Shown here piece after piece: positions 18,613-27,149 of a stretch of 32,104 nt of DNA (positions are counted from its first letter, which is position 1; every line of letters starts with the position of its first letter). Source of the DNA: a virus (taxonomy: Duplodnaviria; Caudoviricetes); IMG/VR virus record IMGVR_UViG_3300022862_000019, positions 1 to 32,104 of that record, one strand, 5' to 3'. Both the position numbers and the translations under genes were made by a program. Under the pieces are notes generated by a model. It was not told the DNA's origin and made no database searches. It worked only from the letters and a program-made list of their open reading frames with translations.

Positions 18613-19230
18613 TTATCCAAAGAACGCTTTTTGTTGTTCTTCAGCATTTTTATTCTGATTTTGTTGTGCTACACGTGCACCAGTTGATAAATCTGCGCCT
18701 CCACCTGATCCACCACCAGGATTACGGTTAGCACCTTTAAGCTTTTCTTCTACTTGGGCTTGTACAATGGCATCAAGGTCCGTTTTAAAATTATCCAGCG
18801 TGGTATTTGTAACTGTTTCATCTTCACCAAGTAATTTGTCAATCCACTTTGTTGCAAACTTTGCATCATACCCTTTGTCAGTTGCATAAGTAAGAGCTGC
18901 TTCTTTTAATGCTGCTCGTTGTTCTGATTTTTCTTTTTGATCAAGACGTTCTTTCAATTCACGAATAGTCTTTTGCTCAGGCGTCTCTTGTGGATTGCGC
19001 TTTGAAACTTCCTCATCAATTAATCCTTGTAGATGATTAGTTTTCCAAGTTTCTAAAGCTATGTTGTGATGCTTGTCTTTCTCTGAATCTAGTTCACTTT
19101 TTACTAAAGCATTGCGTGATGCTGCCGCAACTACGTCACCTTTTTCCAAACTCTCAAAGATATGTTTTTCAAAAGCCGACTTATCACCAGCTTCAACCAA
19201 TGTTTTTAATGTCTCAAAATTTACTTGCAT
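18613..19230 (-). CDS. Capsid scaffolding protein (DUF4355-like)
   Basis: Charged coiled coil, 'ETWK.N.L...I.EEV.KRNP.ETPEQK.IREL', Gly-rich tail. Confidence 0.85.
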   Translation of the reverse strand: MQVNFETLKTLVEAGDKSAFEKHIFESLEKGDVVAAASRNALVKSELDSEKDKHHNIALETWKTNHLQGLIDEEVSKRNPQETPEQKTIRELKERLDQKEKSEQRAALKEAALTYATDKGYDAKFATKWIDKLLGEDETVTNTTLDNFKTDLDAIVQAQVEEKLKGANRNPGGGSGGGADLSTGARVAQQNQNKNAEEQQKAFFG

Positions 19231-19321
19231 GATATCCTCCTGTCCTTCGCACGCTCTCGCCCGCGAAACACTTAGTCATTTGTTCTTTAATGTCTTCAAA
19301 TGCTTAAAAAAGACAATATGT

Positions 19322-19540
19322 TTATTTAAAGCTACCTGGCTTTTTAAAAATTGGATTCTTGAATGTTTCCAATGTATCTTTATCCACTTGTAAAAAGTGG
19401 CTTAGGTTTTCAGCATTAAAAGATGCAACCAACACCTTATTGTTATAGAAATCAACAAAATTTTCGTATCTCAATACATCTGATATATTTTCTACTGGAA
19501 CACTAACATCAGTTTTTAGACATACTAGATAATCCTTCAT
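19322..19540 (-). CDS. Small hypothetical protein
   Basis: Part of ORF-track ORF 19322-19588; SD GAGGGTG favours the start MKDYLVCL at 19540. Confidence 0.55.
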   Translation of the reverse strand: MKDYLVCLKTDVSVPVENISDVLRYENFVDFYNNKVLVASFNAENLSHFLQVDKDTLETFKNPIFKKPGSFK

Positions 19541-19542
19541 AA

Positions 19543-19785
19543 TCACACCCTCTTTCGTCTTGGTCGCATAAACGTTTTTACATGCCAACGAGAGTCGGCT
19601 ATTGGCCGTTTAGGTAACTCTGTAATGACCTGTTCCTGCTCTGTAAACATCTCTTGGTTAATTAACTCGCTAGGTAGGATCAATTTGCGTCTAACCTTGA
19701 TTGCTTTGTAGATTGTTAGAGCTATAGCTAGAAAGGAAAAGATCATAATTAAAATTCCGATGAATTCAAGCATCATTTTCACCAC
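19543..19785 (-). CDS. Single-TM hypothetical protein
   Basis: N-terminal TM helix; SD AGGTG. Confidence 0.6.
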   Translation of the reverse strand: MVKMMLEFIGILIMIFSFLAIALTIYKAIKVRRKLILPSELINQEMFTEQEQVITELPKRPIADSRWHVKTFMRPRRKRV

Positions 19786-19814
19786 CTTTTAGGCAAAAAT
19801 AAAAAGCCGTATTT

Positions 19815-20042
19815 CTACGCCTTTGTGATTTCGTTATAAAGTTGTTGTACAGCCTCATGTAGGGTATCTTCAAATACTTCTTCAGCTGCTGCCTCTCCAC
19901 CATTTTCTTCAATTAATTTTAGAAGCTCATATTATAATAAGGCTCCTTCACTAGATTTTAACTTTGGCTTAACACCAGCTGCATCCATCCCACCTAAAAC
20001 AGTTGTTAATAATAATAATATGATCTTTTGGGTTTTATTCAT
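19815..20042 (-). pseudogene. 75-codon gene interrupted by one in-frame TAA (19932-19934)
   Basis: Strong SD AGGAGAGG; MNKTQKIILLLTTVLGGMDAAGVKPKLKSSEGALL*YELLKLIEENGGEAAAEEVFEDTLHEAVQQLYNEITKA; not in the ORF track. Confidence 0.7.
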
Positions 20043-20259
20043 ATCTATACCACCTCTCCTTATTTCTCAAGCAAATCCTCTCGCTCGATATGAAGAATTA
20101 TATGCAGGATTTTATACACAGTTAATCAATATCTCTATCCGATTACTATTTGTAAGTGTACGTAAATAAAGGTTTTGTGACGCATGTATAAAAAATTGCA
20201 TATACTTAATTTCGATACTCATTACAAACGCTGTTATATCAACAATTCAAAGAATAGTA

Positions 20260-20288
20260 AGTTTACATAATTAATTATTATCGGAAGT
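20260..20288. other. dif-like XerC/XerD core site with 7-bp spacer
   Basis: AGTTTACATAA-TTAATTA-TTATCGGAAGT compared with the reverse complement of B. subtilis dif as recalled (AGTTTACATAA-TATATA-TTCTAGGAAGT). Confidence 0.7.
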
Positions 20289-20292
20289 TATT

Positions 20293-20310
20293 TGTGAATA
20301 TTTATTCATC
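20293..20310. promoter_or_regulatory. ARG box (ArgR/AhrC site) next to the dif-like core
   Basis: TGTGAATATTTATTCATC fits TGAAT-W4-ATTCA. Confidence 0.55.
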
Positions 20311-20321
20311 AATATCAACGC

Positions 20322-20612
20322 CTAAAATTTCAAATCATTTTGTTTGAGCACTTGATATAAAACGATGGATAGTCTATTCACCATACCTTCATCCTGCTCT
20401 TGGTCTTGGTATCCTGCCTCATTAAAAATGGCATGGACTAGTTCGTGAACGAAGACCTGTTCTTTCTTATGTTGACACATTGATGAATCAATTGTTATAG
20501 CAGCCTCTGGATATACTACTTCTCCCATTAGGTTGTGCTTTTTCATCATGTCATCTTGATACACAACTACATAATCAATACCAGCGACATTTACTTGTAG
20601 TGGGATTGGCAT
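20322..20612 (-). CDS. Small HEXXH metallopeptidase-like (ImmA/IrrE-type) protein
   Basis: 'KEQVFVHELVHAIF' motif with a downstream 'E.MV..L' segment. Confidence 0.75.
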   Translation of the reverse strand: MPIPLQVNVAGIDYVVVYQDDMMKKHNLMGEVVYPEAAITIDSSMCQHKKEQVFVHELVHAIFNEAGYQDQEQDEGMVNRLSIVLYQVLKQNDLKF

Positions 20613-20618
20613 TTTATA

Positions 20619-20831
20619 TCATCCTTTCTCCATATCTTTAAGTGCTTTATAAATGATTGTTGTAGTTTGTTTCTTGGTATAAATAGCGTTACTGAATATC
20701 ATTTGAAGTACTGATAATACTGAAAATGCAATACAGATAAGAAAAACATACAATCCTTCCTTAAGCCCAAAAATAGCAAATATTAAGATATATAATATTA
20801 CTTGTAGAAATGAAACAATGAATTTACTCAT
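20619..20831 (-). CDS. Two-TM hypothetical protein
   Basis: Likely start MSKFIVSF (ATGA overlap with the minor head stop, SD AGGAG); two hydrophobic helices. Confidence 0.6.
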   Translation of the reverse strand: MSKFIVSFLQVILYILIFAIFGLKEGLYVFLICIAFSVLSVLQMIFSNAIYTKKQTTTIIYKALKDMEKG

Positions 20832-21898
20832 GATACATCTCCTTTCTCGCCGTATTGTTCTAGCCAATCTTCAAACGTAATGTAAGGCACAGTTCGTTTT
20901 GGTGGCTTTATCTCATCTTGAGCTTGTTTCAATGCCTGAAGATATGTTTTGTCTGGCAACAGTTCATCAATACGCTCAGCAAGCTTTATTTGATATTCTG
21001 GATCTTGATAATCATGAATACGACTGAACTTTGGATTTCGTCCACCGAACAGAAGGATTATTTTGCAACGACAACCATAATTCATCGAAGGATCTTTCCA
21101 TAGCTTTGGGCGCTTTGCTCTATCACCAGCATAATGGAAGTAACCTTCTTCATCTGCAAATTGGCTATCTAGAATTCGATGTGCATGTCTCACCTGCATA
21201 TCTCTCATTGAGATCCACATCTTTTCAACACCGTCTACCTTGTCTTTGAGAGCATCATATACTATTTCTTGTACATAGTTAATTGTGCTGTTAAACATCT
21301 CCTGCAGCCGTTTAATTCCGTTGTTTCTGGCTGATTGAGTACGCTTTTTAGCTTGCTTAGCAGTGGCCGTAAAATCCTCTTCTGCTTTCAAGTTATCTTG
21401 AGTATCCATAAAAATGCTATATACATAATCATCTTTGTGCTTTTTAAATCTGAGCAAAGTTTCATACTCTGACTCTTTTAAAAACTCTCTAAGTAACCTT
21501 TTACGATTTCTCAATAACCAGTAGATGATAGTAACTGCAGCGCTTGTACCAGCTGCTGCACTTGTGATAGTCAGTAACTTACCTTCCTCGTTGCTAAAGT
21601 ACATATAGACCAGATAGGTGTAAAGTAAATAAGTCATATCAAACGTCTCTTCTTGCATCTTTAAGGCTTCTTCTAACAGCTTCTGATACTCTGCTGTAGA
21701 TATGCCATCAAATTGCTTTACCAAAGCCTGTAATCGGCTGTATTTACGATATTCTGATAGGTTGTTTCCATACTTCTCATAAGCTTCTTGTAGGCTTTCA
21801 ATCATTTTGCTTTGCAAACGAGAGTAATGCTTATCAAACGATTTCTCGTATTCTTCGAATGTCTTTTGCAAACGTTCAAAGATTTCTAGTTGGTCCAT
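20828..21898 (-). CDS. Minor head protein (SPP1 gp7 / Mu F family)
   Basis: 'KMWIS.RD..VRHAHR.LD.Q' and 'YGCRC' motifs; follows the portal. Confidence 0.88.
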   Translation of the reverse strand: MDQLEIFERLQKTFEEYEKSFDKHYSRLQSKMIESLQEAYEKYGNNLSEYRKYSRLQALVKQFDGISTAEYQKLLEEALKMQEETFDMTYLLYTYLVYMYFSNEEGKLLTITSAAAGTSAAVTIIYWLLRNRKRLLREFLKESEYETLLRFKKHKDDYVYSIFMDTQDNLKAEEDFTATAKQAKKRTQSARNNGIKRLQEMFNSTINYVQEIVYDALKDKVDGVEKMWISMRDMQVRHAHRILDSQFADEEGYFHYAGDRAKRPKLWKDPSMNYGCRCKIILLFGGRNPKFSRIHDYQDPEYQIKLAERIDELLPDKTYLQALKQAQDEIKPPKRTVPYITFEDWLEQYGEKGDVS

Positions 21899-21909
21899 GC
21901 AATCACCAC

Positions 21910-23358
21910 CTATTCATCTTTATCTGAATCATCAACATCCTTACACTTCAAGCTTTCTAACTCTCCCTGAAATTCTGCTTTTTCCTGTTTCATGGCCTCT
22001 AATTCAGCCTCTACATCATCAATTTGACTGAATAACGACAAGCGTGTACGCTCTGATACCCTGCCTTGTAGTATCGACTGTATCTCTGCCTCTTCCTTCA
22101 GGTTTGATGGTAGGTTACGTTTGAAGCCAAACCAAATTTTGAGATAGTCATCAGGGCTACAAATATTCAGTAATGACCATCCAGCACAAAGTAATTTAAA
22201 CTGATAGGTCAAAGCACTACGGAAACGTTGCTCTGCTAAGATTGTTTTAAATTCTAGTGCAAAGATTTTGAAGCGCATTGCAATGCCACTGATATTCCCA
22301 GCAAAAGCCTCATCGTTGAAATTCACACTCTTTGCAAAACGGGTGATATTTTCATCAAGACGATCTAGTAAATGCTCAATCATCGAATCATTTACATCTT
22401 TCGTCAGGTACTTCACATCAGAATCACTACCCCACAGCTCAAGTGCACCTGATTTATTGAGCTGTTGTATGTCCTCGTCGTCCATACCAATATTACGCAA
22501 GATGAGAATAGCCAAACGAGTAGCTTCTACTTCGCTGTTTGCATCACTCATTGTACGGTCATAGGCATCTACTAGGGCTAGTATTTTAGATGCTTCACCT
22601 TGCAGGGCATCATTGTTCTCCACACCAAACAGTGGAGGGTTCAATAGGTAGTGAGGTATTACATCTACTAACTCAAAACCACTTGATCCACTCTCGAAAA
22701 ACCAGGTATTCTCCTTATCATGAAACTCTGCTACCTGCACTTTCATTTTGGTTCCATCAGCTTTTATACGTGTTGTTGAGTAATACTGGATAGAGTAAGA
22801 AGGTTCATGCATGTTTTCGTGATACAAGAATATACACTCAGCTGGGTTAACATTTGATACTCGTAGCACCTGTTTACCGTTGTCTTCTGACCAGTAAACT
22901 AACCTAGCACCATAGCCAGCGATAGATGTCTGTATGCCTGTTGACGTGTCTTTTGCAGACATGTTCTCACGTATCCGCATTTCATCAATAGTAGCTGTAA
23001 GTACTTTAAAGTTTAGTGACTCTTTTTCTACTACATAATTAATCGGATGCCCAAGGAAATACCCAACTTTCGTGTCAACCACATCTGCGTCAAAGGCATT
23101 GTTTAGCTTATTGTTAATAAGCTGGTCAATACGTTTCATATTTTCACTAAATATTGGAAGTTCTATGATCGGACGCTTCATAATAGGTACATCTGTTGTG
23201 TCATACCTTTTCTGCAACATCTCTACTTCACGCCTAATTGGCTTATGCTCGTTGATTATTTGAGCAAGAATAGTTTCGTTGATACCATGGTCATCTAAAT
23301 ACGGTATGTACGCTTTAAAAGCATCCATCTGTTGACGAATCGTTAATTTCTCATCCAT
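21910..23358 (-). CDS. Portal protein (SPP1 gp6-like)
   Basis: 'NNKLNN.F....VDTKVGYFLG.PI.Y', 'LVDAYDR..SD', 'F.GN.SG.AM.FK' motifs. Confidence 0.95.
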   Translation of the reverse strand: MDEKLTIRQQMDAFKAYIPYLDDHGINETILAQIINEHKPIRREVEMLQKRYDTTDVPIMKRPIIELPIFSENMKRIDQLINNKLNNAFDADVVDTKVGYFLGHPINYVVEKESLNFKVLTATIDEMRIRENMSAKDTSTGIQTSIAGYGARLVYWSEDNGKQVLRVSNVNPAECIFLYHENMHEPSYSIQYYSTTRIKADGTKMKVQVAEFHDKENTWFFESGSSGFELVDVIPHYLLNPPLFGVENNDALQGEASKILALVDAYDRTMSDANSEVEATRLAILILRNIGMDDEDIQQLNKSGALELWGSDSDVKYLTKDVNDSMIEHLLDRLDENITRFAKSVNFNDEAFAGNISGIAMRFKIFALEFKTILAEQRFRSALTYQFKLLCAGWSLLNICSPDDYLKIWFGFKRNLPSNLKEEAEIQSILQGRVSERTRLSLFSQIDDVEAELEAMKQEKAEFQGELESLKCKDVDDSDKDE

Positions 23359-23366
23359 GTTTTCAC

Positions 23367-24644
23367 CTACTTTCTTTTAGCATTAGCTCCTTTTACATTA
23401 GCTACTTCATAATCATCAAGTCCGTACCACATTGCTGAAAATGTGTGCGGATCGATATTAAATTCATCTTCAATAATTTCATCTGTTTTAGGATCTTTTT
23501 TGAAGGTAAGTTCTTTCAATTCTCGAATCGTGTTCACGCATGCATCTGAGCAAATGATACGCTTGAATCGTTTCATCTTTCGCGTGTTATCAATTCTTCT
23601 TAATTTTTTACATGAAAGCATTCTAAAACCTCTTTGTTGATAATATGCAATGGCTTTCGCATCCTCGTTATCAGCTTTAATCAAAACTTTCTTTAACCCT
23701 TCTGCTGCTAACTCATCCGCCACAATATCATCAGTTAATCCACGCTTATAGTACTCCCAGTAGATGTATAGCCATTTGTTTTCATGGTCCACTACCATTC
23801 TCAAAATGGCATTGTAAGAATCAACAAATCCAAAATCCATGCCATTCTTATATAGAGGCTTTCTAATGCGTGCTATTTCATTCATCACTTGGTCATGCGG
23901 CTTGGTTTCGAACTGAGGAAGTACTAACACTCCATTAACTCCAAAACGTCCTTTACGAGCAATTCTGTGAAGGTCTGGGTCATACGAAGCCATCTCATCG
24001 AGTTGTTCAATGTAGCTCGCTGGTAAAAACAAATTATCATCAGCAGTTGAGTGGTGATAATACGTATTATTTACTATGATTGTCCGAAGCTTATATAATT
24101 CCTCGTCATCTAAGACAAAGTAGTCTTCCAGCTCGTTCTTAAAGAAATGCTTGTACACCCAATTCCCTTTTGATACTGGATTGGTAGAGAGAATAATAAA
24201 CAGGTCCAGTGTTGGGTGCCGTAAGCGCCCTAGCAACTCTTTAAAACCTGCATATTTAATCTCACTACATTCTTCGAGCCAGATTAGAGAAATGTTGTTG
24301 ATGGATTTCAACTTCTCTGGTTTATCCATGCCTCGGAAGATAATCTTAGAACCATTCGGGAACTTCACTGTCATTGGTGACGAACTTGTCTTTATCTTGC
24401 CCGATAACCCTAAGTCCTCAATAATTTCTGTAAACAAAGAAAACGTACTGTCTCTATGCGTATCGTAAACTTCACGAACGACAAGAGCTGTACGTTTTTC
24501 TTCAAGTAATTTTAATAATATTTTCAGTGCCACATGATAGGATTTCGAAGAACCATACCCACCAACAAGGAGTTGAGTTTTACAACGCCAGTCGAATAGG
24601 AAATCTTCAAAATGTGGATTCACTTCTTTAATAGCAGATGCCAT
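23367..24644 (-). CDS. terL: Terminase large subunit (PBSX family)
   Basis: Walker [10 protein letters not shown], Walker B IWLEE, STNP, nuclease GMDFGF. Confidence 0.95.
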   Translation of the reverse strand: MASAIKEVNPHFEDFLFDWRCKTQLLVGGYGSSKSYHVALKILLKLLEEKRTALVVREVYDTHRDSTFSLFTEIIEDLGLSGKIKTSSSPMTVKFPNGSKIIFRGMDKPEKLKSINNISLIWLEECSEIKYAGFKELLGRLRHPTLDLFIILSTNPVSKGNWVYKHFFKNELEDYFVLDDEELYKLRTIIVNNTYYHHSTADDNLFLPASYIEQLDEMASYDPDLHRIARKGRFGVNGVLVLPQFETKPHDQVMNEIARIRKPLYKNGMDFGFVDSYNAILRMVVDHENKWLYIYWEYYKRGLTDDIVADELAAEGLKKVLIKADNEDAKAIAYYQQRGFRMLSCKKLRRIDNTRKMKRFKRIICSDACVNTIRELKELTFKKDPKTDEIIEDEFNIDPHTFSAMWYGLDDYEVANVKGANAKRK

Positions 24645-24664
24645 TTACTCAACCCCTTTCATTA

Positions 24665-24732
24665 ACACGCATAAAAAACACGCATATTTTTTCACTTTTA
24701 TATAGACACGCGCTATTCATGCGTGTTATAAT
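24665..24732 (+). promoter_or_regulatory. hicAB promoter with operator repeats
   Basis: TAGACA-18 bp-TATAAT (TG-extended); palindrome ACACGC-N9-GCGTGT (24706-24726); ACACGCATA twice (24665, 24678). Confidence 0.65.
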
Positions 24733-24755
24733 TGGTATAGAAAGGAGGTAAGGTA

Positions 24756-24971
24756 ATGGGTAAGCAAGTGACCGTAAGAGAAGTTCTTCAAAAGTTAAAG
24801 AAGAACGGATTCATAAAATCCCCCACACATAAGGGTGGAGGAAGTCATCAAAGGTACATACACCAAGATGACCCAACTCGTTTCGCTGACATAAGTTATA
24901 AACGAGATGGTGAAGTTATCAAACGTGGTACTCTAAAGAGTATCGAGCAGACTTCAGGGGTTAAGTTCTAA
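24756..24971 (+). CDS. hicA: HicA-family toxin (RNase)
   Basis: 71 aa basic protein with GSH motif and 'I.RGTLKSI.Q.SG' end. Confidence 0.88.
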   Translation: MGKQVTVREVLQKLKKNGFIKSPTHKGGGSHQRYIHQDDPTRFADISYKRDGEVIKRGTLKSIEQTSGVKF

Positions 24972-25038
24972 CCCCTCTCTGCTTTGCCTAATCCTTACCT
25001 CCATAGATCATTATTTAATTCAAATTTAAAAAGAAGAG

Positions 25039-25479
25039 GTGTTTACTTTGAGATATCCAAATCATTTTATCTATCCAGTTGTTGCTGAAGTAGCTGAAAG
25101 TAATTACTCGTTTTACTTCCCTGATTTTCCTGGGACAGCAATAACTGCTGAAGATATTTCAACAGGTATTAAAGAAGCAAAAGAGATGTTGGCATTCCGA
25201 ATTCTAGAATTAGAAGAGAAGGATTCACCAATTCCTGCCCCTTCAGCTCCTGACAAGATTGAGTTATTCGACACTACTGATCGAATTATATTCGTTGATG
25301 TTTATATGCCGCCTTATCGGAATGAGGCAGCTAGTAAAGCTGTTACAAAAAATTGTACTCTTCCACGATGGCTTAGAGATGCAGCTGAAGATGCTGGACT
25401 TAACTTCTCTCAAATTCTACAAGCTTCTCTCAAAGATGCTCTAGGGTTAGAACAAAACGACAAAAAAGCAGCCAATTAA
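25039..25479 (+). CDS. hicB: HicB-family antitoxin
   Basis: 'YP.V......Y...FPDFPG..T.......I..AKE.L' and C-terminal 'KN.TLP.WL...AE..GLNFSQ.LQ..L'. Confidence 0.92.
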   Translation: MFTLRYPNHFIYPVVAEVAESNYSFYFPDFPGTAITAEDISTGIKEAKEMLAFRILELEEKDSPIPAPSAPDKIELFDTTDRIIFVDVYMPPYRNEAASKAVTKNCTLPRWLRDAAEDAGLNFSQILQASLKDALGLEQNDKKAAN

Positions 25480-25492
25480 GGTTGCTTTTTTT
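25462..25492. terminator. Bidirectional intrinsic terminator at the hicB end
   Basis: AAAAAAGCAGCC-AATTAA-GGTTGCTTTTTTT. Confidence 0.8.
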
Positions 25493-25522
25493 ATGCAGAA
25501 GTTGAATATCACATTCGTTTTT

Positions 25523-25550
25523 AGTTAACATAATTGCACTTTTAGGAAGT
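25523..25550. other. dif-like XerC/XerD core site with 6-bp spacer
   Basis: AGTTAACATAA-TTGCAC-TTTTAGGAAGT; each 11-bp arm differs by one base from B. subtilis dif as recalled. Confidence 0.75.
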
Positions 25551-25689
25551 TGATACTTTTACAAACCATTGATGTATCAACGCTTTTATAACTTCACTTT
25601 TTATTGATTATGCATTATTTTATACATTGTTGATTTAACAGGCTTTTAGCCAATTGCTCAATTTTATTTCCCAACATTTCTTGCATAAA

Positions 25690-26427
25690 CTATTCTCGCT
25701 TTTTACCAACAATTTTAATTTCAATCGGCCCATTTTGTTCATCAGAACCAAGCTTATCAATCTCCACTTTCGTTTTATCAATTGCAAGTTGCATCTGTTC
25801 AAGTTTTAATCGTCTTTCGTCAGCTTCATCGGCCAACTTTATGAAATGGTTGATTGAAGTACGCAACTCACTGATAGCTCTTGATTGAGCTGTTAAGAGC
25901 TGTGCTTGACGTTCCCAAGCAAACTGGAACTCATACTCAACTTCTTGAGATGGATTTTTACCACCTTGCATCTTCTCTCGCTTCAACTCTTTTATCATTT
26001 CGTCTTTTGATTCAACATGCATAATCTTCTGCGCTCGTAAGATTGCAGCATATTGAATTGTGATTTGATCCCACATTAAGTCAGCAGCAGACTTAGCGTT
26101 CATTGCTTCGATGATTTCCTGCGTTTCGTCAGGTAGAAACTTTGCGAACAGGCCGTGATCTAGTTTAGGGTTGTTCCGACTGGTAAACTGATTCTTCGGG
26201 TTGAGGTTGCCAGAACGTTTTCTCGGACCTTTAGATGTAGCATCTTTTTTGGATGGTTGCATCTTTTTCTTCTCGGATGCATCTTTTTTAGTTGCAACCT
26301 TCTTCCAACCTTCTCGGCTCTTACGGCTTTTCAGTGTACCCTCTTTTACACCGTGCTTTTCTGCTAGCTCAATTAATGTGATTCTAGATGTTTCCCACTC
26401 TTTTCGTATAACGTCCCAATTTGTCAT
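25690..26427 (-). CDS. terS: Terminase small subunit (PBSX XtmA-like)
   Basis: N-terminal HTH 'LAEKHGV...TLKSRKSREGW', 'HGLFAKFLP', 'IQYAAI.RAQKIM' motifs. Confidence 0.88.
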   Translation of the reverse strand: MTNWDVIRKEWETSRITLIELAEKHGVKEGTLKSRKSREGWKKVATKKDASEKKKMQPSKKDATSKGPRKRSGNLNPKNQFTSRNNPKLDHGLFAKFLPDETQEIIEAMNAKSAADLMWDQITIQYAAILRAQKIMHVESKDEMIKELKREKMQGGKNPSQEVEYEFQFAWERQAQLLTAQSRAISELRTSINHFIKLADEADERRLKLEQMQLAIDKTKVEIDKLGSDEQNGPIEIKIVGKKRE

Positions 26428-26619
26428 GTCATATACAACTCACTTCCGTTCCTGATTAGGATTTTTATGTAGTAGTTCTATACTCAGTTGTGAATGTTGT
26501 CTCGGTACGTCTACTCGGTGTCAGCCTTTTAGCTAATCAACATTCACAACTCAATACAAAAAACCACCCACGCTTATGCGTGAATGGCTTATGTGTAGGG
26601 CTTTCATCATTTTGTCGAT

Positions 26620-26668
26620 ACTATACCCCTTCACTATATAGGTTGGCTCGTACGGGGTTCGTATGGGT
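26620..26668 (-). promoter_or_regulatory. Possible late promoter region downstream of the sigma-like regulator
   Basis: CATACGA-CCCCGTACGA repeat followed by CCTATATAGTGAAGGG on the minus strand, between the regulator and terS; assignment by position only. Confidence 0.35.
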
Positions 26669-26669
26669 A

Positions 26670-27149
26670 TTACGCCTCTAGCTGAATATTTGCAGCAATA
26701 TTCTTGATTTTCTTTTCTGCTTTATCTAAGTGTTCTTGTACAGTACTTTTAGCAATTCCTAATTCATCTGCTATCTCCTGCATACTTCTCATGTGCGCCG
26801 TATGAAGTAAATAACAAGTTAGTTGTCGTTCGGTTAGATGTTGAATCACCTGCATTACTGCTCGTTTACGACTTTCACTTATATTTCTGTCATATGAAGG
26901 CGTTATGTCAAGACAAGGAAATACATCTAAGTTTAATAATGCTCTTCGGGAATAAGCTGACTTTGATTCTACAGCTCTACTGTACGCATCTGGTTGTTCA
27001 CCTGTTTTCATCCACCTGATCGCATAATCCATGTCGGTAATAATTTGATTGGCTATTTCAACTTTCATAGGATCTACCATCTTCGACTTGTCACGTTCCA
27101 TTGATTTTTTGGCTTTTTTGTATTCTAAAATTAAATCAATCAATGCCAA
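26670..27149 (-). CDS. Sigma-70 region 4 late transcription regulator (Xpf-like)
   Basis: 'DM.YAI.WM.TG..P' and C-terminal HTH 'LTERQ...Y.......S.QEIA.ELGI.KSTVQ..L..A.KKI'. Confidence 0.85.
   Translation of the reverse strand: MALIDLILEYKKAKKSMERDKSKMVDPMKVEIANQIITDMDYAIRWMKTGEQPDAYSRAVESKSAYSRRALLNLDVFPCLDITPSYDRNISESRKRAVMQVIQHLTERQLTCYLLHTAHMRSMQEIADELGIAKSTVQEHLDKAEKKIKNIAANIQLEA

Noticed and set aside
26490-26681. 63-aa plus-strand ORF between terS and the regulator
   Set aside because: No SD; overlaps the probable late promoter and hairpin region.
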